Assembly: GCA_965202585.1 (NCBI GenBank)
Contig: OZ241826.1
Span: 27,714,001 to 27,778,000, forward strand
Direction: 5' to 3'
From: Thalia democratica
Taxonomy: Eukaryota
Length of the DNA stretch: 64,000 nt
The position numbers and the translations under genes were made by a program. Position 1 is the first letter of the stretch; every line of letters begins with the position of its first letter. Of this stretch, positions 13,480-24,739 are shown one piece after another. Under the pieces are notes generated by a model, which saw nothing but the letters and a program-made list of their open reading frames with translations, made no database searches and was not told where the DNA came from.

Positions 13480-13900
13480 GTGAACACGTGGACCTTCCAA
13501 CTAGCTAAACCACCCGCACCCAACCCTAAAAATTTGCCACAAAATCTGTTGTTCGTGGCAGATTCGAACACTAATGTTGTCTTCTTGGTCGACAGCGGGT
13601 CAGAGATGTCAATCTTGCCAAAGAGATTGACTAACGGGATTAACAAAAATTTCCCACCACAAAGCAGAACCATCCAGGAGTTCGGTAACAGAACAACCCA
13701 CCCATTGGTAGCGTAAATGTCGAACTTCATTTGGGAGATTTGGAACCAATCCGACACTCGTTCTGGGTTACTCAAGAATCTCGCCATTTTGGCATCATCG
13801 GCATGGACTTGCTGAGAAAAAGCCAACTAGCAATCCTGCCAGCTACTTCCCAATTATGTAATCTAAGCTCGGGAAAATCAGCCAATCTATTCGCGCATAA
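13480..13900 (+). pseudogene. Retroviral-type aspartic protease (frameshifted), pol truncated right after it
   Basis: The reading LLFVADSNTNVVFLVDSGSEMSILP ... EPIRHSFWVTQESRHFGIIGMDLL contains the D-S-G active site and the GxDxL motif, and is close to the protease in ORF 25415-26917. Confidence 0.9.
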
Positions 13901-14315
13901 TAATCATTTACTAACACCAAGGCCAGAGGCAACGGTCAGCACAACCGCAGCCAGCACCAGATCAGTTAAAGCCAACGGCCGGTTCAGAGATGCCTTCCGT
14001 AAAACCGAAAAACGCAAGGAAATTATCCTCGACTACGACCGTAAGCACATCAGCGATGCCAAACAACGACAAAATAAAATATATGTTAGGCCCGATCGCG
14101 AAAGCTTAACAAAAAAACACACTTCTTACTTGAAACGCAAAACGATTGCGAATAACAAAAAACCTTTAGAAATTAGCTTACAGCAGATTTTTCAAACAAA
14201 CCACGAATTAGCTTGGTGTATATTACACAAATGGCGTTTTAAAAGCAAAGAATTGTTAAACAATGAAGCACGCATTTTTAAGAAATACCACGAATTAGTT
14301 TGGTTTATATTTCAC

Positions 14316-14731
14316 GGTTGCATGACAATTCAAATTTGGACAACTCAAATTCCGACAATTCAAATTCTTAAAAAAATGTTTAAAGGACTATATCTAAAAA
14401 AATAATATAAATTTGAAAAAACATAAAAAATGCTTATGTAGATCTTATTAATATCTAAAAGCCACTTTATTTTTTTATAAAAATCTTAAATATTTTTCAA
14501 GATATTTTAAATTTTATATAAAATAACTAACTTTTTTCTTTAATAAAGCCATATCTAAAAAATATTTAATTTTTTGCAAAAAGAAAAAAATAGTCTGTAG
14601 GTATTTACATGATTTATATATGCATTTTTTTATTTTAGACAAATATACATTACTTTTTTATTTTAAGCAGTTTCAATTTTTTATTAAGAATTTGAATTGT
14701 CGGAATTTGAATTGTCCGAATTTGAATACCC
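14316..14731. mobile_element. MULE/Mutator-type MITE, 416 bp
   Basis: A 9-bp TSD ATATTTCAC sits at 14307-14315 and 14732-14740. The ~50-bp imperfect TIRs are built from 15-bp (C/T)(C/G)GACAATTCAAATT sub-repeats. The uninterrupted target is visible near 12282-12297. Confidence 0.85.
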
Positions 14732-16870
14732 ATATTTCACAAATGGCGTTTTAAAACCATAAAATCTTTATGCAATATCGCACGCGTTTTCCAAACTAAT
14801 CACGAATTATTTTGGTTCATTTTTCACCGATGGCGTTTTAAACATATCATATCGAAATACTGTTCGCGGGGAATCGGCACCTTCATTTCCCCCAGCAACT
14901 AAAAATTATAAACAGTTAGCAAACCGCGTTAGAGTTTTTCTCTTACAACCAAAAATTAACAATGCAGCAGTTAGCGAATACTTACATGTAATTATAATTG
15001 ATATTAATACAATCATAAATGTAGTAATATAAGCAAACTATTAATTAGGTTTAATGAAGTTCATTGAGCTTAACAAAGTAACGCTAGACGAACGTATGAG
15101 CAAATAGCAATACTTGTAAGCACGATGAAAAAACTAAGCTAGAAAATATTGAAATAGCAAGCTAAATCTGATAATTTTTAGAAAATTTGAACATAGTCAA
15201 AAGGAGTGAGTTAAGCTAATCAATAAAACCAGCGAAGTAGAAATAGCATAAACAGCAGCTAACAATAAACCAGCTTAAATTAAACTTAGAACGCAGTAGC
15301 AGTGTTTATTGTCACAACATAGCACTGTGTAGCTCGACACAGCTCACTAATTTGCTGCTCAAAGCAACCTCGAGAAGCTATAATATATTTTATTTTCTAC
15401 AAAACCTTAATATAAAATATTTAGTTCTTAATATTAAAACATTCTAAAGCTTGAGAATTGAGTTTACACGACTGGTAAACAATGTTGCGCTAGAGAAACG
15501 TCGATTTCAATTGGTAACAACGGCAGTTTATTTTTGTTAGTACTTTTTTAACAGTACTTAGAAGCTGCTTGCGTTTCTTTATATTACTGTTTATTCAACT
15601 TAACGTTTAAACATCTTAATGCTCTAAAATTTATGTGTTCAAACCGATACTTTACAATGGAACATTCATTACAACTGGTTTTTTAATACATCCTGCTTAA
15701 CTATATTAGCTTATAACTAAGCACTAATGTGATACTTTAAATAAAAGTCTAGAAGTTCTATGTATTACATTGATTTTATTTGTCTTGTGCTTAAAAATTG
15801 TAAATTTTACATTATACATTATTGTTAATTTAAATGCTAAAACAACAAAGTTTTAAAGGTTGCTTTTCGAGCAATTCAAATTTAAAACTCACTTAATTTT
15901 TTACTGCTTATTATGAAGCTGTTGTTAATATTAATGAAACTTACTTTCAAACAGCAAAGTTTTTTTGCAAAAAGCTCATTATTTTATAGTTGGTTTTTGA
16001 ACTAGTTCTAAAAAACTGTGAAATTTTCAAACCTGATATTAGATTTTTTTGTTGAAGCTTTTTAAACTACTAAACTTAAAGTTGCTACTCGAGCAATATA
16101 ATAATTAAAATCACTTGCTCCTTTTACTGCTTAAAAGATAATCATAGTTAATGTCAACGGAAGTTCAATTTCGCAAAATATAACATTTTGTAGTTTTAAA
16201 CACAGTAAAACGGGCTACTAATGGCAAAAAGTTTTTATGTATACAAAAAGCTTAAACGTCAAGTTCATTTTTTGTGTAATTACCGTAAACAAAAAAAAAA
16301 AACAACTTTTTAGCACACATTGCATCTTCGTTAAACAACAACACTGAACTTTAATGGTTTTTTAAATACTTGCAATACAGCAGAGAGCTACATTAATTTC
16401 AACTGCTTATTACTTTTGAACTTGTAAAGTTACACAACTTTATCAATTTTATTCATGTAAATACCCTTATCATTCTAAAGTTTATATTATCACCAAACAT
16501 GCTGTTGGATGCTGCAACTCAATATTTCTTAAATTAATTTTAATTAACACCTTCTTAATAAACCGCACTTAAAAGCTTTTAATCTTCCATAATTTTTCGT
16601 TCGGTGAAAAAAACATTTTTTTAATCGAACTTTGTACTTACTGTTATATGTGACAATTACTTGTTATTAAAATCATTATTTCTTCGAAAAAAACACTTGA
16701 ATAGCTTGTTATTTTCATTATTGCTGAAAAAACAAGTACATAACTTTAAAAAAAAGAAAAAAGAACATTTCAATAACATTTCTTGTACATTTTATTATTT
16801 CATTTAGTTTGTAATTGTGTTATGCGAGCTGCTATTCAGACAAATTACTTTATTGTTTATTCTTATTAAC

Positions 16871-18645
16871 ATGAAGATATTAACGATGTTCATCGTAACG
16901 GTAGCGCTTGGCTACCTTACGACAAACGCACAAATACCTGTGCAGAGGAAATATAAATTGCCGCTTTGCACGAGGAAAGTTGCAAAGCGGTATCTACTGA
17001 GCGAACCAGCTCCGTGTTCGTCAAAATCTAGAAGCGTGAGTACCATCAAAGTCAACATCACTCCGCCTATATACAACCATGTCAATCAAAAAGCCTTCAT
17101 CTGTCGTAAACAGGAGGTTATCTACGAATGCACGGAAGGTTTCTTTGGAAGCACAGCTTGCGTGCAAGTAGATGAAATTTTTATAGACGTCCAAACAGAA
17201 GAGTGCCAGCTGATCGAAACCACCCATCAGTCAGAAGTAGGGACGTTGACACCCTCTGACGAGAATACATTGAAGACAAACAACGTTCTAAAACCGAAAT
17301 TCAATTGGTTGGCGACAAACACGATCATGGTGCCCAACATTATCTTGTTTTATACGTCGGTAGTGGCTGATCTAAGTAATGGGTCCGTCTCTCATGTGTT
17401 GCTAGAAAATCTGAGTTGCATCGAGCTGGACCAAATTCTTTCGTGCAGAGAAGAAGGCTGGAGACTTATCACCTCTAGAGTAAAACAAGAAAGGTGCAAG
17501 CAACCACGGTTGATTACTGACGCATTGCTAAAAGTTTTTACTCTCGAGAGTGGAAAACTGTATCGCGTCCAAGACGCGAATATCGTCTTCACCAAACTCC
17601 TTATATGTAATGATTCTACCCTAAAGTGTTTGCCAACAGGCGCCGAAACTACCCGATGCACCGCGACGGGTTACGCAGTTACGCTGCCCAAAACATTTTC
17701 GTCTGCCACAACAGCCGCAGAAAGCGTGAAGATGCCTGCAAAACTTAAGATTTTAGAGTCTGCCATCGCTAGCTCCTCGTATTCCTCCAAGCTAGAACTA
17801 AAACTTCTCAAATCTCAGCTGAACGAGATGCTATGCAAGAACAGCAGAGCAACACTAGTATCGTCGTCGCTGCCCAGCGGTCCACTCCCTCCGCGGTTCT
17901 AAGCCTGCTAATTAGGTGAAAAACACAAGCGGTCTACCGACACAACGCGTTGTATGAACTTCAATGCCAAGACACAAACGCAGTACTTCAACCGTCTTTA
18001 GAGTACAATTTAAAAGTAGCGCGTTACCCGCTTTTCAACAGCTACCTCGGGTCATCCACGGTGGTGGCCCAGCTTACTGATGAGGGATATCTAACGCAGA
18101 ACGTGCAGTACTCACTCCATCCAGCAACCAAACAGGCTTTCATCCTCCAAGGTAAATTCATCGTCTTTGCCAATAACACTCTTACCGAAGAACGTCCGGC
18201 GTTGGAGAAGATCGTGATAAATGAGAAACTCACTATTGCGGCTTCTAATTTCACATTTTCGGAAGAACTGTCTTTGTTTGATTTGGCCGAAGTGGCAAGA
18301 CCTGAGGAAGCCATAAGCAATCAAGCGTTGATAAACCTAATTGCACTGAATAAAAAGGACTTTGGTAACCGCGGTATAGATGTCGCAGAGTACCTCAAAG
18401 CAGGGCACTTACTCGAAGAGAAGTCACTAGAAGAAACCCTCCAAACCAAATGGTCGCTTTGGGAGGTCGTGAGAGGCATCCTCCATGTCACAAACAATTC
18501 ATGGACAGCCATTACGATGATCGAGATTTCCATCATTGTGCTTAGGCTTTACCTGAAAGAGGAGAAGGAACGAAGAAGGAGAGGCCGAGCCTCCAGTGGA
18601 AAAAAAGGGACGAGCATCGAACGGTATGAAACGTTGACTCATTAA
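16871..18645 (+). pseudogene. env: env-like membrane glycoprotein, class III fusion protein-like (one frameshift near 17872 and one in-frame stop)
   Basis: It has a signal peptide MKILTMFIVTVALGYLTTNA and a Cys-rich ectodomain (AFICRKQEVIYECTEGFFGS...EEC). The segment QLNEMLCKNSRATLV../LAQRSTPSAVLSLLIR*KTQAVYRHNALYELQC resembles the gB/chuvirus-G core. A C-terminal hydrophobic segment precedes a basic tail, and the ORF lies just before the 3' LTR. Confidence 0.75.
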
Positions 18646-18726
18646 CTAGCTTCGGCTATTAACTTTTAACTAGGGATTTGTAAAAAAGATTTTATAAAAC
18701 TTTTCTTAAAATTGTTTACCACACTT

Positions 18727-19433
18727 AAAAAGGGCGCTAGAGAGTTTTCTTAAATTAGGGACTTTTTTATCGCTTTGTTTACTTCTCGAACTGCTTTAGC
18801 ATGACGTTCAGTCAGTTGCAGCAGCCTTTCTTTAAACATCGTTTGTAATCGTGAGTATTGTTTATTCTTTTGCATGTTATTTCTATTTCTCTAAGATAAA
18901 TTGTACATTTGAATTTGTTTAGTGTGAAATATTGTATTTGTTTACATAATTTTGAATAAAATAAGTTGCTTTAAAGATTGCTAACATTTTATTAAACTCA
19001 GTTGTACACTTAGTTTCACATAAGATTTAATAATTTAAGTATAGTTGTTTAGACTTAATAAAGATCGCTAGCAGCTTCATTATCTCTTAACATACTTAAC
19101 GTAATCATAAACTAACATAACTTACTAAACTTGTTGTGGCCATAGTTAGACACGTTCTTCTGTCTAGTTATTAAAATACAATAGATATTAGCAACTCCCT
19201 CAGAATAGCACTATGAGTACCGGTAATCGCAGTAAGCCTAAGGTTGGTGATAATGACGGCATGTTCTCCAAAGAGAACATGCAAGCCGCTTTTAGCGAGA
19301 CCACAGAAATCAAGGCTCGTAAGAGCAAGAGGTTAGAAAAAGCGGGCGTACCCAAACGTCCTATTGACCTGAATTACTCTTCATCGCACAAACAGGGTAC
19401 TACAGGCCAAGTAGCCTTACAGCGAGAAAGATG
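18727..19433 (+). repeat. 3' LTR of family A, missing its first ~23 bp and the PPT
   Basis: Homologous to about 8264-8980, and includes a copy of the gag start (ORF 19213-19434). Confidence 0.88.
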
Positions 19434-22400
19434 AAGTTCAAATATAACGGATCTGCACAAAAAACAAGCATTCATTTCATGTTTCTATTAAAGTTTCTTA
19501 TTTTAACTTTAGATTTAAAATAAAGAGCTGTAAGAAATGTTTTATTTATATTAAAAATGAATTAAGTTTGTATAAATGGTATTCCTGGTTAAGAAAATAA
19601 AACTAAGTTTGCTCGCTTTTTCTAGTAATTAAGCTTAATGAAAATAAGGAATAAATAAAACTAAAGATTGTAAGAACAACTAATCTTTTATTACTTTACA
19701 ATACTTATAGATAAGCTTATAAAATAAGTTAAAAAGTTAAATCTATTTTCAAATCAGCACTTTAAAAGTTTTTAATAATAGCTTTAAACTATCTGTTCTT
19801 AGACTAGTATTTTTTATTACTTTTGTAGTTTACGTGTTTTTTTGTTTAACTTAATATGTAAGCCCTCGAATCAAAAAAAAGTTTTTCATCTAGTCTCTAG
19901 GTTGAATAAAACATTAAGAAGTTCTTTCAGAAGTCTAATGCTTTCTTATAAGCTCTAAGAAAAATTTTCAAAAAGTAAAATTTTTGAAACCAAATAATTG
20001 CTTTATATAGTTTTTACCTGATATTTTTAATGAACTTTATAAAACAAACTACTTAGTATTAGTGGTGTGTTTATTAAGTTCATTTATTTTAGATCAAGTA
20101 CTCGAAAGAAAATCATCAACTAAACATTTTTGAAGTTTCCTAAGTTCGAAGTTGGTTGTAGAAATTTCTGATGAATAACTTATTATACTAATAATTAAAT
20201 CAATGTACTTCATATGTATCCCTTTTATAACATAAAAACAATGAAGTTAGATATAAGTTAAATTTGTGTGTTTCATTATTTAAAAGAAATATTTTATTTA
20301 AGTGAAAAATCAAGTTGTTTTAGTTTTGGTTCGAAAAAGTTTGAGTTAGTTTGAGTTTTTTATAAAAGTTTTGAGCTAGTTTTTACGATTTAATTTTTTT
20401 TAAACTATGATTCTTTTAGATATGAATTCTTTTTTCTATTATTATGATACCAAAGGATTCAAATAAGAGTTACATTTATTATAGATTATGTAGTTAACTG
20501 TAAATTTATTTTTAAACTCATGCTAGATTTGGGTCAATCATGCTGACTTTTTTTCTAAAAGGCAAACTTTTTAGCAAACCTATAATACTTAACTCTGTTT
20601 TATCATGATAAATGAAGCTTTATTGTATATTTAAATACTTTCTACATTTTTCGAGATGTTTTTTATGAAAACTATAACAACCTTTTTATTCAAAGTAAAT
20701 TAAGTCCGTTCTACCAAGCTTAATAAAATTAAAACAACTTCTGACCCTGGTCTAGAATAAATTGCCTTAGTGTTTTAAGTAAGTGTGAAACTCAGTCAAC
20801 GAATACCCTTATATAATGGAGTTTTACATCTGTACTGTTAATATTTCTTTATAGACAGAAGTGAATTTTAGAACATCAAGTTAAATTGTCATTTATTTTA
20901 AATACTTTAAGGAGCAGTAGAGGGGCTCCAAGGCAATAATTTGAAACTTACACTGATAATTTTAATTTGATTATGAAGAAGAAAAAAAAGTCTTAGGCGA
21001 CTTTAAAGTTAGTTTAAAAACTTTTAATAGATATTATGGATAAAAAAGTGGGACTTGAAGGCCATGATTTGAAATCTACGCTAGATACTATGATGATAAT
21101 GAAAAAAATGTCTGAGGTATTTTTAATAATAACTTTTTAAGAAACCTTGATAGAAGTAGCCATATTTTTTTTAATTTCTAAAAAGGGGACATTTTGACAA
21201 AAGTTTAGGAAAACCTGATTTAGATAAATTTTACAGTAAATTTTACATCTTTTGTTTAAAAAGCAATACTTACATTTACCTTTTCATGTTTTTTAAAGCC
21301 TTTAAAATTTGACTGTAACCGAAACAATAGATGGTTGTTAAATCAAAATGCAGTAAAAAGTTATATTAAACAAATTACTACAGGGATAAAATAAAGTTGA
21401 AATGGTGTTAACAGAGTTTTAGTCCTAGTAAATCACCTAAAGTTGATGACAAGTTTTAAGCCCTTAAAGTCAAAATAGAACTAATAAACTTTAAGTCAAC
21501 AGAGCCAAAAAAGAACTGAAATAATTTGATACCATAAGTCACTATAGAACTTACTTGCAAAAAAAAGAGTTAAAATAGAACTCACGAAGTTAAAGTCAAT
21601 CAAATAACACGAGTATTGACAATGTATAAGTTACAAGTAATCACCAAAAAATGGTGACAAACTTTAAGGTAAAGTGAGTCATATTAAATTATGTAAGGTA
21701 ATTAAATCTTAATAGCATAATAAAAACGATAATATTTATAAGTTAATAAGACAGAAAAGACCAGTAACACCCTGAGATATATAGAAATTTCTAGTAAGTT
21801 ACTATTGAAGGGATTATCACGACATTTGAGTGCTTTTTTGTATTTTTTAGACTTATCCGTTTCAAATGCCGCAATCTTTATAGTAGGTTGTAACAACTAT
21901 TTGATATTATTTTTGGAATTTAAAGTGAAAAGTCAAAGTGAGAAGATAAGTTTTTCTTATTAAAACACAATAAATTTTTACTATTATTATAAATTAAAAA
22001 CTTCTCAGAATTAAGGATTAGTTGATTTTTAAATTTAGTATACGTAAAGAATTTTTGAATAACATTAGTATTAGTTTTGAGACCAAGTTATTTTTTGATA
22101 TGTATTACTTGTTTTTTTTAAAGAGGAGTAATGCATAATTTCCAACAAAAAGGCAGAGAAGAAGTGGAGTGAAGATTCTCTTCCAAAAGTAGAAGAGGAA
22201 GTGAAACATGGTATTAAACTGGATTTGATAACTATTTAAATTTAATATAAGTTTTTAAGTAAAAGCTCTTGTTCATCCAAGCATTTAAGAGAAAGCTTGC
22301 AAGGTCACGTTTTTCACTGATGCAAGTTTGCATTAGCATACAATAGTCATATTTTAATATTCATTTTTGTAGAGGAGATCATTATAGACACCCTTACTGC

Positions 22401-24023
22401 TGCAAAATTTTGTTGAAATAAAAATTTGTCTATTTATTTATTCAAAGTTTGTTAACTATTATTGTTTTATGTATACATTAAATAGTTTTCAATTCAATAT
22501 ATACACTTTTAAATATATTCCTTATGATTTGATTAAAGTTACATTTTTTCTATTCCAGTTAAAGTTTTTTTCTAAAGTTGTTAATTTTTGTACTTATTTG
22601 TAAGTCTTTGTTTCTGTTCATTGTATACAATTTGTTCATTCATGACATGCCTAATTTTATTAAGAGTATCCCAAAGTATTTTTTAACATAGGTTTTAGTT
22701 TTATTAATGATATTTTCAATATACTGTGGTTAATGGTGTAAGTCAGGGTTGCCGTTTTACCTGGAAACCTTGTAAAACCTGGAATTTGAAAATCTAGGCA
22801 AAAAAAAAACTTGAATTTATTTTGAAAAAACCCTGGAATTTTGAACAATAATCACTGAAAATACCTTGAATTTTTACAATTTTATCATAACTGAGTAGCA
22901 AATTTTCAATTTGAGCCAAAAAATTTATCAAATAGATAAAAAGGTTCTATCATCATCAAGAATTTGTTTGTATTAAGAAATACATTTAAATTAGCTTAAC
23001 AGTATATTTTCAATGTTTTTATAGTATTCAAAACAGTTTCTTACCTTATACTTAACTTTAAACTAATCATAGACCCAAAAATGTGTACTTTTACAAAATT
23101 GGTGAAAATTTGGAAAACTTGGAAAAGCTTTTGACAATGTTGATATAAGGTCAGTAAATTAAGAAAAATAGGAAAAATGGGGGGTCTTGAAAAAAAGTAT
23201 GGAAATATCATGAAAATTAATAAAAATAAAAAAAGTCAGATTTTGTCAGGTTAAGTTTACAAAATTTTCATTTTACAAAGCCTTCAAGTGGTAAAAAATT
23301 AATTAAAATTCAATTAAATTCAGAAAAAACTTGCAAAATTTTTCTAGCAATTAACAAAATTGTTTAGTTTTCATTGTCCTTTACTGGTATAAATAAATAA
23401 AATATCCTTTATAAAATTGCAAAAACTTCTTTTAAACTTGAATTTTTGCTTACAAATTGAACAAGCAGTTATTGTAAGCTTTTTAATATTGATGATCTGT
23501 AGCAAAGAACACTTTTAAAGTGAAACTTTGATATAAACACAAACGTAAATCTAGCATGATTTTAGAATCAAAGTGTTTTTTCTTCAAGTAAATAGTTGAG
23601 TTTTTTATAATTAAGCAGTTAGTTTAGTAGTTTATGTAATAACTTAAAATATATGCTTTAGCTCTTTATGTTTTTTCTTTAATTTGTTTCAGTTTGTAAA
23701 ATAAGTTATAAGAGTGGTATATGCCATGATTCAGTTTACTTATTTGTATTTTTTGTAGAATAACTCAAGTTTTTAATATTAAAAAAAAAGATTTATTTTT
23801 AGAAAAATATTATGCTTATTTATAAGAGAAAAAATTTTATACAACAGATGTATAATTTGAATTTTTATTAATTTACTTACTGTTACTTAATTATATATGT
23901 TATAAAAAGCTTAAAAGGTTGTGTCTTTTTTCAGACATGCTGTGTTTTTAAGACAATAACACAAGTATATTGGTGATAGAGCTGTTTATTCGAACACATC
24001 GATCATACACAGATGGTTCAAGT

Positions 24024-24739
24024 TGTAACGCCTCTGGCTTTAAATTAAATTCAGCAAAAGAGTTTTCTCTAATTAGGGGTTTTTTATTAATTTGTTAACT
24101 TTGCCGCCTTAGATTTGAATGATTAGATTTGCAAAAAGCTCAAGCTGAACTTCCTATGTGCTAAATTGTGAGTATTGTCATTAATCTCTTATTTTCTAGT
24201 TCTGTCTCTTAAATTGAAATTTTTAATAAAGTTAAATTGAAGTTGATTGTACTTTTGATTTTGCATAAATTTAAATAACTAAACTTTGGTGTTAATAGAT
24301 CATTATATTGAAATTATCTGTAAATTGGTTATATAAAATTGAATAAATAAGCTTTGTTGTGGATAATTAATTAAGAAGCAAGCTGCTGTTGGTGCTCTTA
24401 ATAATCTCTGAAATTTACAAATCAAATTTAATTAATTTAAATATCTAAATATCTAAATATCTAAAATATCTAAAATATCTAAATTCAATTAAATAACTAG
24501 TGGGCCACACCTAACTCTTGGTATAGCATAATGAGTAATAGATCCAAGCCCCCCAAAAAGGATAGTATGTTCTCTAAAGAGAACATACATCATACTTTAG
24601 ACAAGGTCAACAACCCCGAAACTCGCTGTAGCCAGCGTAACATTGACAGAGGAATCAACAAAAGGGGTGTTGACCCACACTCTTCGCGCCGTAGCCAACC
24701 TGGTCCATCAGACCAACCACAAGCAACGCGTGAAAGATA
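24024..24739 (+). repeat. 5' LTR of family C (716 bp, TGTAAC...AAGATA)
   Basis: Direct repeat of 28239-28954, bounded by the TSD and the PBS. Confidence 0.95.

Larger units (their letters stand above)
8241..19433 (+). mobile_element. Composite, degenerate Ty3/gypsy LTR retroelement (CsRn1-like family A) with a nested family B insertion and env; no RT, RNase H or integrase
   Basis: Direct repeats at 8241-8980 and 18727-19433, a PBS at 8981, then gag, frameshift signal, protease and env remnants in order. No clean TSD: left flank GTGC, right flank AAGT. Confidence 0.85.

Noticed and set aside
13900-16800. RT, RNase H or integrase remnants between protease and env
   Set aside because: No YxDD, DAS or HHCC/DDE motifs were seen. 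The region is AT-rich and repeat-derived, and the tail of ORF 13731-14405 is read-through into non-coding repeat.
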